64,000 nucleotides of DNA, taken from assembly GCA_046543095.1 (NCBI GenBank), contig JBKHAC010000002.1, positions 2,525-66,524 on the forward strand, given 5' to 3'. Each line of letters opens with the position of its first letter. Position 1 is the stretch's first letter. This stretch comes from Candidatus Woesearchaeota archaeon (GTDB lineage Archaea; Nanobdellota; Nanobdellia; Woesearchaeales; 21-14-0-10-32-9). The position numbers and the translations under genes are program-made. Below the pieces are notes generated by a model, which worked only from the letters and a program-made list of their open reading frames with translations, was not told the origin of the DNA and searched no databases. Positions 19,456 to 28,409 of the stretch are shown here, one piece after another.

Positions 19456-20568
19456 TTAGAATTTAAAGGTCAAAGACTTATCTTTTTTATTAATAGATAC
19501 AAACTTCTTATTAGATTTCATAACTCGCTCAAGAGCATCTAAACCCTCTTCTTTTCTAATTTTATTCGCATCATTAATCAATTTTTGAAAATCTTGATAA
19601 TTACTATAAACAAACTCGCCCTTCGCCTGATTCTCCTCGATTTTACGCTCAAACGATTTAATCATCTTTTCCTGAATATCAACTAATGAAGCCGTTTTAT
19701 CCTTCTTTTTCTGAGCAGGCTTTATAGCATCTTCTTTAATTAAAGGCGAAAGCAAATCAATACCCGCACTAATGCTCTCAACACTATCGCCGCTTTTAGT
19801 TAACATACGCGTAGGAAAAATATTATTATTTGAAATAAAAGGCTCAATTTCACTTGAAAAGAACGATTTAATCGCACCCATTAATTTCATAGTATCAGTT
19901 TTTGAAATAGTCTCAGCATCTTTATCTAGATTCGCAATAGTGATAAGCTCCTCAGCATAAACACCACCCAAACCAAACTTTGCTGCAAGCGTCTTCACAA
20001 GAGATCTATCCGAATCATTAACTATTTTTATAAGTTCATCTTCAGTTGTTAATAGAGGATTGATTAATTCAGGAGGAAATTCATAAGGCTTCCTCGCCTG
20101 AATGACCCTATCTTTAAAACGCTGACGCTCAAAAGAATTCAAAACAATCAAAGAATTATCTTCACTTTTTTTACATAAAACAACATTACCGGGCTTGAAT
20201 AATTCAACAATCAATAAATAAGAACCCTCTTTTTTTGAGAATTTAACTGTGAGAATACGCTCAAAACCCCTCTGCTCAAGCGACTCAATACGAGCATTAG
20301 TTAAATATTTACGCAAAAACATACAAAAACCAGGAGGAAGCATAGGGGCATTAAATTCTTGAGATGTTAAAGAAACAAAACTCGGCGCACAAATCCTAAA
20401 ATTATACTTCGCACCCTCTTTATAAATCCGAAAAATAATAGTGTCTTTACCAAGCTGATAAATCTTCTCGACTTTACCACCAACAAGAGTATTCAATTCA
20501 CGAACTTGAAAATGCAAAAGCGCAGATGATGTTTCATTAACCATAAATAAAAGAAAAACAACACACAT
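19456..20568 (-). CDS. NFACT-N (FbpA/RqcH/NEMF-like) domain protein, short form
   Basis: N-terminal LHFQVRELNTLVGGKVEKIYQ...FRI...NFRICAPSFVSLT...PPGFCMFLRKYLTNARIESLEQRGFERIL matches the NFACT-N consensus. 370 aa, i.e. lacks the long C-terminal half of canonical NEMF. Confidence 0.55.
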   Translation of the reverse strand: MCVVFLLFMVNETSSALLHFQVRELNTLVGGKVEKIYQLGKDTIIFRIYKEGAKYNFRICAPSFVSLTSQEFNAPMLPPGFCMFLRKYLTNARIESLEQRGFERILTVKFSKKEGSYLLIVELFKPGNVVLCKKSEDNSLIVLNSFERQRFKDRVIQARKPYEFPPELINPLLTTEDELIKIVNDSDRSLVKTLAAKFGLGGVYAEELITIANLDKDAETISKTDTMKLMGAIKSFFSSEIEPFISNNNIFPTRMLTKSGDSVESISAGIDLLSPLIKEDAIKPAQKKKDKTASLVDIQEKMIKSFERKIEENQAKGEFVYSNYQDFQKLINDANKIRKEEGLDALERVMKSNKKFVSINKKDKSLTFKF

Positions 20569-20717
20569 TATTAAATATTTACATTAATAACAATAAAAAT
20601 CAATTTGTCCCAAATAATACAAAAAAATATACGCCGCGCAAAACTACGCAAATCAAATGAAATTCAATGACAGTAATCTAATAAAAATAATTCAATAAAA
20701 ATAATTTGATAAACAGA

Positions 20718-20880
20718 CCTCATAGAAATCCTTTTCGAACCAATAAAATCTTAATGATGCCTCGCTTCGTTTTCATGTTATTTAGATATTTGAATCGAGT
20801 CTCACATACAACGGATGTTTGATCTAGAACTTAAGCAAGATAGCATTATTATTAAAATTTTAATAGAATTTCTATGAGGC
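20718..20880 (+). repeat. Family-4 ~165-bp TIR element
   Basis: Termini CCTCATAGAAATCC ... GAATTTCTATGAGG. Copies at 29905 (-), 37908 and 48043. Confidence 0.8.
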
Positions 20881-20927
20881 TAATAAAAAGTACGTGCATA
20901 GCGCAACGAGCATCTCTTCTTTAGATG

Positions 20928-21000
20928 TATTTAAAACCGAGTCTAGTGTATCACATTTATAAACACGGAGCTCGTTTAGGCGCTAGCTATGCATGCACAA
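20928..21000 (+). repeat. Family-6 element (core related to family 5)
   Basis: AAAACCGAGTCTAGT...AAACACGGAGCTCGTTTAGGCGCTAGCTA, also at 55196..55260. Confidence 0.6.
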
Positions 21001-21124
21001 TAAAAATAAAGATTTATAAATGAAAAACCATTCCTCAAAGTAAAACCGACCTTAAAACAAACTTCGTTTTAAGATAGCCGCGTGAGGTAAAAAAAATTCG
21101 CGGAGCTTCTAATTAAGCTTTGGT

Positions 21125-21724
21125 TTGGAGGAAAAACAAATGAGTGATGAAACTTTATTAATAGCAAATGACGAGTATTTAAAATCAGGAATACACATAG
21201 GAACAAAATTTAGAACAAAATACATGGATAACTTCATATACAAAACAAGACCAGACGGACTTAGCGTTCTAAACGTACAAAAAATAGACGAGAGAATAAA
21301 ACACGCAGCAAATATGCTATCAAATTACGCACCACACGAAATACTAATAGTGTGCAGACGTGAAACAGGATGGAAAGCAGTCAAATTATTCTCAGAGATA
21401 ACAGGTTCGAAACACTTCGCAGGAAGATACCCGCCAGGAGTACTTACAAACCCCTCACTTAAAAACTTCATAGAAGCAAAAATAGTACTCGTCGCAGACT
21501 CATGGCCAGATAAAAACGCAGTAGAAGACGCATTAAAAATAGGCCTACCAGTAATAGCACTATGCGATACAAACAACCAAACAAACAACATAGACCTCGT
21601 TGTGCCATGCAATAACAAAGGTAAAAAAAGCCTAGGTCTTGTATTCTATTTACTTGCAAAATTATACACAGAGAAAAAAGGAATAGAATTTAAATACACA
21701 ATTAATGATTTTACAGAAGAATAA
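21125..21724 (+). CDS. rps2: Ribosomal protein uS2 (S2/Sa)
   Basis: LLIANDEYLKSGIHIGTKFRTKYMDNFIYKTRPDGLSVLNVQKIDERIKHA matches the uS2 consensus. About 200 aa, the archaeal size. Confidence 0.85.
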   Translation: MEEKQMSDETLLIANDEYLKSGIHIGTKFRTKYMDNFIYKTRPDGLSVLNVQKIDERIKHAANMLSNYAPHEILIVCRRETGWKAVKLFSEITGSKHFAGRYPPGVLTNPSLKNFIEAKIVLVADSWPDKNAVEDALKIGLPVIALCDTNNQTNNIDLVVPCNNKGKKSLGLVFYLLAKLYTEKKGIEFKYTINDFTEE

Positions 21725-21801
21725 ATACTAAACATTTTTTTTCTTTTTTTCCACTTCTATTTTTTAATATTTCAAGATATGTTAATATCGCCTAAGAAAG
21801 A

Positions 21802-21946
21802 GACTTTGTCCCGAATAGTTGTTTTTTGTATACTGCCGAGCAAACCACTCAAAATAAACATTGATTTTTATAGACTCGAATTTAAACCCTAGTGAACATT
21901 GTTCGGTTTGCGCAGTATACAATTCATTGTTATTCGGGACAAAGCC
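21802..21946 (-). repeat. Family-1 hairpin repeat, inverted orientation
   Basis: Reverse complement aligns to the 31529 copy. Stem GTCCCGAATA/TATTCGGGAC carries compensatory changes. Confidence 0.85.
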
Positions 21947-21970
21947 AAGAAAAAAATTAATTTAAAAAAA

Positions 21971-22696
21971 CTAATCAGAACTAGTATTAGTGTCGATATC
22001 AGTGTCATGAATGCCTGTATCTCTAATTACAAAAGACACTTCTTTACCCTCAGGCAAACTCCTATGCTTTCTAATGATTGCTTTTTTTTCAGTATCATGA
22101 CGCTGAAGTTCAATTAAACATTTACTTGCATAACGCAAAATATCCCCACCAACCATATTAATTTTATTTTTATCCTCAAAATCAGCATAAACTTGATTCG
22201 TCACAATTACAGGAATTTTAAATTTACGCGCAATCTGAATTAAATTCACAAGCTGAACACCCAAATCCCTATTAACTTTAAAAACCTCCTTAGTAATGCC
22301 AATCTCAAGCCTATAGAGCATCGCGATACTATCAACAATAATTAAACCAATCTTATCAGTCACAAGATTCTTAAGCTTCTCAAAAACTTTTTTCTGCTCA
22401 GAAAAATTAGTCGGAGTTAAAACAATAACTTTCCTTAAAATCTCATCATAATTATCAGCAAGCTGCTTAATTCTCGAAATAGAAAAAGAACCCTCAGTAT
22501 CAACATAAATGACTTTTTTATCATAATTATTAACCATAGCAAGCAAACACATATTAGACTTACCAGAACCAGGAGGACCATAAATAGTTGTGATTACTTC
22601 ATTTTCATAACCGCCTTCAAGCAACCAATCCAAAATATCAGAACCAGTACTTACCTTAGTATCTTCGTTTTTCATTTTATCAAAACAAGAAAACAC
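21971..22696 (-). CDS. radB: RecA-superfamily ATPase, RadB-like
   Basis: DILDWLLEGGYENEVITTIYGPPGSGKSNMCL Walker A. About 240 aa. Walker B IIVDSIA. Confidence 0.55.
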   Translation of the reverse strand: MFSCFDKMKNEDTKVSTGSDILDWLLEGGYENEVITTIYGPPGSGKSNMCLLAMVNNYDKKVIYVDTEGSFSISRIKQLADNYDEILRKVIVLTPTNFSEQKKVFEKLKNLVTDKIGLIIVDSIAMLYRLEIGITKEVFKVNRDLGVQLVNLIQIARKFKIPVIVTNQVYADFEDKNKINMVGGDILRYASKCLIELQRHDTEKKAIIRKHRSLPEGKEVSFVIRDTGIHDTDIDTNTSSD

Positions 22697-22730
22697 GCTC
22701 TTGTTTTTTTAAGTTTCGCTAAATTTTCCC

Positions 22731-23132
22731 CTAAACTTCCGGAACAGACTCAAATAAAGATAATAACCCAGACTTAATTGAGCCTTTATCAGTAATATTA
22801 TCATGAATCTTAGGATTAATAGTCCAATGCATAGCTCTTTGAGGATTTGCAAAAAGAAAAATAATATTAACATTTTTCAAAACAGACCAATTATTAATCA
22901 ACCAATCAAAATTAACCTTGGTATTAAGACAAGAAACCCTAACATTATCTAAATTTGACGCATCCAATTCAATTAAATTATCAACACACAAATACTTATG
23001 AGTTGAACCATCCTTCATAACACAAACAATTTCTCCTTTATCCTTTAAAACATCTATTTTACTGATGCTTCGTTTAATCGAATCTTTATACCGCAAATAC
23101 GCCTCAGTCCAACCAATAATATCTAAAGTCAT
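22731..23132 (-). CDS. Hypothetical protein
   Basis: ORF only. 7-bp gap to the next gene. Confidence 0.3.
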   Translation of the reverse strand: MTLDIIGWTEAYLRYKDSIKRSISKIDVLKDKGEIVCVMKDGSTHKYLCVDNLIELDASNLDNVRVSCLNTKVNFDWLINNWSVLKNVNIIFLFANPQRAMHWTINPKIHDNITDKGSIKSGLLSLFESVPEV

Positions 23133-23138
23133 AAAATC

Positions 23139-23555
23139 TTACCTTGAATTTTTATAATAATGGTATGCAAAAGGTATTAAAAAACTTATGGTGAAAGTAA
23201 ACGCACCAAGAAACGCCAAAATAGACGTTTTATCACTAAAAACCATGAAAGATGCACTCAGAGCAATAAAATTAATTAAAGCAGTAATTAAAATAATAGA
23301 AAATAAACCCGCATGATGCGTGTGTGTAAGCTCATCCAAGTCATGAAAAAAACCTTTTAAGAAAGCACCAAGAGAGACACCCAAAATAAACAAAACAAGA
23401 TGAACATGAATTAATTTACCAAACAATAATAGCGGACTTAGTAAGAAAAGCACACAAGATATAAAAATAATAGTTAAACTTAACAAAATATAATATAATA
23501 ATTCATGAGATTTTCTCCTCTTAGACTTCACCATTAAAAACATATTATTAATCAA
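23139..23555 (-). CDS. Hypothetical membrane protein (4 predicted TM)
   Basis: Hydrophobicity pattern. Confidence 0.35.
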   Translation of the reverse strand: MINNMFLMVKSKRRKSHELLYYILLSLTIIFISCVLFLLSPLLLFGKLIHVHLVLFILGVSLGAFLKGFFHDLDELTHTHHAGLFSIILITALINFIALSASFMVFSDKTSILAFLGAFTFTISFLIPFAYHYYKNSR

Positions 23556-23652
23556 ATTATTTAAATATTTACTTTCTAAAACAACGAGTTGAATAATATA
23601 ATGATTAATTTAATTTAATTATATGATAAATAAAACAGAAATATGAAAAAAA

Positions 23653-23768
23653 GGTGGACAGCTTTCCGGATCTCCCGCCCTTGAAGGCAGTACGCACCGG
23701 AACGTGCATGTGCTTGACTTCCGTGTTCGAAATGAGAACGGGTATATCCACACGGCTTTGACCGTCCA
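23653..23768 (-). rRNA. rrf: 5S ribosomal RNA
   Basis: Reverse complement reads GGACGGTCAAAGCC...CCGTTCTCATTTCGAACACGGAAGTCAAGC...GTACTGCCTTCAAGGGCGGGAGA...GCTGTCCACC. Helix I termini pair. Matches the universal 5S loop C and helix IV/V consensus. GC-rich island in an AT-rich context. Confidence 0.85.
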
Positions 23769-23982
23769 ATACATAGGAATGCACATCCCTTTATAAAGCT
23801 TTTTCTTAAAAATAATTATCTTCAATAATGAAAATAAATTATTTTTCAGGATTTTTAAAAATTATGAAATAAATGTCTTAAATGTCTTGTTCATAATACT
23901 GCAAATATTCCACATAATTATTATCTCATCATGAACTAAAAAAATAAAAGATTTTTAAAGAAAAGACAAGTAATAAAATAAA

Positions 23983-24654
23983 ATGAACGCCGAATTAAAC
24001 GATGTTTTTATTATACTCCCAGGCTACAACGAGGAAAAACACGCACAAAATACAATTTTAGAGCTTGAGATGGAAGGATATAAAAACATAATCTTTATCG
24101 ATGATGGAAGCATGGATAAAACTGCTAATGCTGTTTTAAAAACAAACGCGACCCTATTAAAACACAAAGTAAATCTTGGCAAAGGCGCAGCAACAAAAAC
24201 AGGATGCGATTATGCAATATCTAAAGGCGCAAAGATAATAATTTTAATGGACAGCGACGGACAACACGAAGCAAAATATGTAAAAAAATTCATAAAAGCA
24301 CTAAAAAACAAAGACATAGTGTTTAGTTATAGAAAATTTGACGAGAACATGCCAAAAATGATGAAACTTGGAAACATATTCTTATCAACAGCATCAAATA
24401 TGTTATTCAATTATAAAATAAAAGACACACAAGCAGGATTTAGAGCATTTACAACAGATGCATACAAAAAAATAAGATGGCACTCAAATAATTACGCAAT
24501 GGAGAGCGAAATGATAGCAAGAGCAGCCAAACACAAACTAAAATACGACGAAATAGAAATAAAAACAATATACCACGACAAACACAAAGGAACAACACCA
24601 CTAGACGGCCCAAAAGTATTATTTAATATGATGAGATTCAAATTCTTCGATTAA
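23983..24654 (+). CDS. Family 2 glycosyltransferase (dolichyl-phosphate sugar synthase-like)
   Basis: IILPGYNEE...IIFIDDGSMDKT...DSDGQH motifs of GT-A/GT2. Confidence 0.7.
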   Translation: MNAELNDVFIILPGYNEEKHAQNTILELEMEGYKNIIFIDDGSMDKTANAVLKTNATLLKHKVNLGKGAATKTGCDYAISKGAKIIILMDSDGQHEAKYVKKFIKALKNKDIVFSYRKFDENMPKMMKLGNIFLSTASNMLFNYKIKDTQAGFRAFTTDAYKKIRWHSNNYAMESEMIARAAKHKLKYDEIEIKTIYHDKHKGTTPLDGPKVLFNMMRFKFFD

Positions 24655-24661
24655 AAAAATA

Positions 24662-27556
24662 TTAAAATAAAGGCAAAGTGCCTTTAGATTTATAAGGATC
24701 AATCCCAGTTAATGCACGAATATATTTTTGATTAGCTTTCCAAAACGCCGGAGGCCTACTATAAATTTCATCAAGAAATTTATTCTGCATATCTTTATGA
24801 TCCCCCAAATTATCTAAAAAATAATTAAACATACGAAAAATCAAGTCATCATTTTTAGATTTTGGCTCTTTACGATTTAAATAAACATTAAAATTATCAA
24901 TCCTACCAATAAGCCCTCTATCTTTAAAATTAACAGCATCAACCACGCCAAGACCAAAATTCAAACCAGTAAATTCACGAACATAAAGACCTTCAGTTTT
25001 AGCAACTAAACCAACACCCAAATACCTAATATGATCAGCAATAATATTATTAATATCGAGCATAGTATAATCAAAAGGAATCAACCCTCGACGAACAATT
25101 TTTCTGCCGCATTTATATTCTGCGCTAAAAATATAATTAGTCCTAGATAATTCAAAATCAGAAGACCCACCCAGATTATCAGAAAAATAAACATCCTCAA
25201 AAACATCACCCTCAACATTAAAACTTTTAAAAACATCCTCTACCCTGTAACGCTTACCAAATTCTAAGCCTGCCAAATCCATAAAATTTTTAATTTTATC
25301 AATCGCAACATGCAAAAAAGAATGATGCTTTGCAAGCAAATCATACTTCTCAACAAAATTAGAACTTTCAAGCATCCTCTCATGAATTAACTTCATGGAA
25401 TGATTATTTTTAATAATATCAATACCAGCATTAATAATTACGCCCGGAAAAACAAGCTCACCTGAAATAATTCCTTCAGTTTGTTTTTCACGTTTAAACA
25501 AAGAATAAATAATCTCATCAGGACTAAGCCTATCTTCAAGCTTTTCAAGATTATGCCGCAGGCTAAATTCATGCCTGAGCTTATATGTACCAAGACGCAT
25601 AAAATAATCACGAGAACCCATATCATAAAAATTTTTAACAGGATTATTATTAAAAACAGAAGGCAAAGGCTTATTTGATGCAATAGACTCAAGCACAGCA
25701 TTTTTTAAAAATAAATCCTTTACAACTCTACTTTTCACACCATCTTCAATAGTATAATCAATAATTTTCCAAATTAAATCAGGATTGCCTGAATTAACAT
25801 ATTCTTCCATTAAATTATAATCTAAAGATTTAGAAGAATTTGCAAAAGTTGCAAGCTTAAAATCTTTCAAAATAGGAATTCTATTTTCAACATACTTTTT
25901 AGTGTCAAGAATTTTTTTTGAACTTAAAGTCCAAAGATTCTTAGAATTATTTTTCTGTTTATATTGTTTAATTTTATTTTCAACACTATCAGAAATAATT
26001 CCTTGCCTATTTAAAGCAGAATCATTATTAAATTTAATTAAATGCTTTTGATCAAATTCCTCAAAATTATGACCAATTATATATTCATACTTCATAGAAT
26101 CAAAATTAAGCAAACCAATAAGATCAACCTCATCATCTGCAAAAACAAGCTCAACATTAGAATTAGTTAAAGAATTACGTTTTGAAAGATTATCTAAATA
26201 AATTGATTTTACATCATCATTTAACCAAGCATCCTTCGTCATATAAATCTTATTTTCAACCTCACTTTCAAGAACAGCCATAAAAACCCTACCAGATATG
26301 TCTCTTGAAGATTTATCGTAACCTGTAACTTCAATATCAATAACCGCAGAATTTTTTAAATAAAAATTAAAAGCACAATTAACAGCGCCTTCAAGAGACG
26401 ACACAGGCTTTTCACTTACAAAATGAGACAAAGCAGGAACTTTATTATTAATTTGACTTAAAAGAGTTTTCTTAGGATTAAACAACATATGTAACGGAAA
26501 AAAATCCCTGAGCTGACTAGTCGGACTATTCAAATTTAAAGGATCAAAAAGCTCCTCACGCGCACGCCTCAACTTAACATTTTTATCATCGTTTGATTTG
26601 ATTAAATCACCTAATGGTTTTAAACCACGATACTTCGTTTCACCAATTAAAATATCCTCACTTAGACTTTTCATAAAACTAATATTATTATTTGCAGTCA
26701 ATCTAACACAATACTTCACATCAAATTTACTTCTCCGTTTATGAACAACACCAAATTGATCAACATGATTTTTAAAATTACTCACTTCTTTTATTTTATT
26801 AAGATACTCGGATGCAGTTTTCTCAGAATCAAATTCAGGACCCTCATATATATTAATTCTAAACAAAGAAGAATCAAGCTCTTTTAATAAAGACTCCACA
26901 CATTTAACCTCGACAAATTTTCTTTTATAATTAACAGAAATATCGTCTTCAAAAACACCTCTTTCTTTAAGAGACTCAAAAAGATAATCTTTTTTAGAAG
27001 CTAATTCATCAAAATCAGGAATAATTTCAGTTCTCGCTAAAAACCTTTTTTTCGAATTACGAATAAAAATTTGTTTTTTTTTATCTTCATCCAAAAAAAA
27101 TTCTAAATTATGCCTATCTTCTCGATTACCACGATGCCAAATAAGAACAGTTTCACTGCCTTCACGATAAAAAGTACTATCATCATATTCATTTGAGAAC
27201 ACATTTTTACTACCGTACTTTTTTAATTCAAAAGAACCGTCAACGGACTCTCGAATCTTAGATAAAAGCTCACTTGGAGATTTAAAACCATATTTTTTCC
27301 AATCAATCTCAATGCTAGGCGTTATGTGATCCCACACATCCTCTTTTTCAAATAACGAAAAAGTTTCAGAATCATAATATCTAATTATAACTTCATTACC
27401 TTTATTAGCCTTAGGTAAAACTTCCAAAATTCTATATTTGTCCAATTTATCCTCAAGACCAGACTTATTAACTTTAGATAAACTATTTTTGAGTTCTTGA
27501 GCAGTATTATTAATTGAATTTTGCTTTGACATAAAAAAAAGGTAATTAAAAAACAT
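24662..27556 (-). CDS. Large (964 aa) protein with family-B-polymerase-like DEDDy 3'-5' exonuclease motifs. Polymerase motifs are not recognisable.
   Basis: Exo I AVIDIEVTGYD, Exo II YIIGHNFEEFDQKHL (cf. archaeal PolB ITYNGDNFDFAYL), Exo III IIDYTIEDGV (cf. YSMEDAKV), with PolB-like spacing. GKRYRV resembles the KxY motif. No SLYPS or DTD motifs. Confidence 0.4.
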   Translation of the reverse strand: MFFNYLFFMSKQNSINNTAQELKNSLSKVNKSGLEDKLDKYRILEVLPKANKGNEVIIRYYDSETFSLFEKEDVWDHITPSIEIDWKKYGFKSPSELLSKIRESVDGSFELKKYGSKNVFSNEYDDSTFYREGSETVLIWHRGNREDRHNLEFFLDEDKKKQIFIRNSKKRFLARTEIIPDFDELASKKDYLFESLKERGVFEDDISVNYKRKFVEVKCVESLLKELDSSLFRINIYEGPEFDSEKTASEYLNKIKEVSNFKNHVDQFGVVHKRRSKFDVKYCVRLTANNNISFMKSLSEDILIGETKYRGLKPLGDLIKSNDDKNVKLRRAREELFDPLNLNSPTSQLRDFFPLHMLFNPKKTLLSQINNKVPALSHFVSEKPVSSLEGAVNCAFNFYLKNSAVIDIEVTGYDKSSRDISGRVFMAVLESEVENKIYMTKDAWLNDDVKSIYLDNLSKRNSLTNSNVELVFADDEVDLIGLLNFDSMKYEYIIGHNFEEFDQKHLIKFNNDSALNRQGIISDSVENKIKQYKQKNNSKNLWTLSSKKILDTKKYVENRIPILKDFKLATFANSSKSLDYNLMEEYVNSGNPDLIWKIIDYTIEDGVKSRVVKDLFLKNAVLESIASNKPLPSVFNNNPVKNFYDMGSRDYFMRLGTYKLRHEFSLRHNLEKLEDRLSPDEIIYSLFKREKQTEGIISGELVFPGVIINAGIDIIKNNHSMKLIHERMLESSNFVEKYDLLAKHHSFLHVAIDKIKNFMDLAGLEFGKRYRVEDVFKSFNVEGDVFEDVYFSDNLGGSSDFELSRTNYIFSAEYKCGRKIVRRGLIPFDYTMLDINNIIADHIRYLGVGLVAKTEGLYVREFTGLNFGLGVVDAVNFKDRGLIGRIDNFNVYLNRKEPKSKNDDLIFRMFNYFLDNLGDHKDMQNKFLDEIYSRPPAFWKANQKYIRALTGIDPYKSKGTLPLF

Positions 27557-27883
27557 TTAAAACATTTTAGAAAAAATCTACTATGAAGTGGTTAAACGAA
27601 AAAGAGGTTCTGCACAGATTCTTTATCGTGCCTAAAATGATGAATAAACAGTTTCTCTATTTATTAAAATATTGATTAAAATCTCCTTAGAAGCTATGTC
27701 GTGAGAATGCCCCAAAACAAAAACTTTAAAAATACAAAGATATTCTTGTCAAATCAGTAGAACCATTTTGCAAGAACAATAATTATTTCTTAGTACCCCT
27801 TTGGAATATCATTGAGTATTGTTATTAGTGATTCTAAAACTAAAAACATCTAACACAAAGATGTTAGATGAAGGTGCAAAAAA

Positions 27884-28099
27884 ATGAGAAGACATGGCAA
27901 CCCTAGAGGGGGCAGAGAATTTAACGACAGACAAGATACAGCTGATAGAGGAAACTTTTCAGGAGGATTTAATAGAGGTCCAAGACAATCATTTAAAGCA
28001 ACATGCGCAAAGTGCAATGCTGAGTGTGATGTCCCATTTAAACCAACAGAAGGAAGACCTGTATATTGTAGAGATTGTTTTCAAAAAAACAAGCACTAA
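27884..28099 (+). CDS. Small RGG-rich zinc-ribbon protein (CxxC-x17-CxxC, VPF.P...RPVYC type), probably RNA-binding
   Basis: CAKCNAECDVPFKPTEGRPVYCRDCF. N-terminal R/G-rich region. SD GAAGGTG. Confidence 0.5.
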   Translation: MRRHGNPRGGREFNDRQDTADRGNFSGGFNRGPRQSFKATCAKCNAECDVPFKPTEGRPVYCRDCFQKNKH

Positions 28100-28130
28100 A
28101 AAAAATAAAAACAAATGAGGAAAAAATAAA

Positions 28131-28325
28131 ATGAAAGGAAACGTAAAATTTTTTAACGAAACAAAAGGCTTCGGATTTATAACCGGAGAAGATGGAAAAG
28201 ACTACTTCGTGCATCAATCAGGAATCGCAGAAGGAGCATACATAAATAATGATGATGAAGTCTCATTCGATGTTGAAACAGGCGATAGAGGACTTAAAGC
28301 AGTAAACGTACAAAAAGCTGAATAA
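28131..28325 (+). CDS. csp: Cold-shock protein (CspA family, S1-like OB fold)
   Basis: MKGNVKFFNETKGFGFI...DYFVHQSGI with RNP1/RNP2 motifs. 64 aa. Confidence 0.85.
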   Translation: MKGNVKFFNETKGFGFITGEDGKDYFVHQSGIAEGAYINNDDEVSFDVETGDRGLKAVNVQKAE

Positions 28326-28409
28326 ACAAAAAAAAACTTTTTATTTTTTATAATTTTTTTTATAAATTCTAAAAGTACAAAACTAAAAGTAATTTAGAGG
28401 TTAAATTAG

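Noticed and set aside
27894-28118. Alternative-frame 74-aa ORF overlapping the zinc-ribbon gene
   Set aside because: The 27884 frame encodes a coherent RGG plus CxxC...CxxC zinc-ribbon protein behind a good SD. The overlapping frame has no recognisable features.
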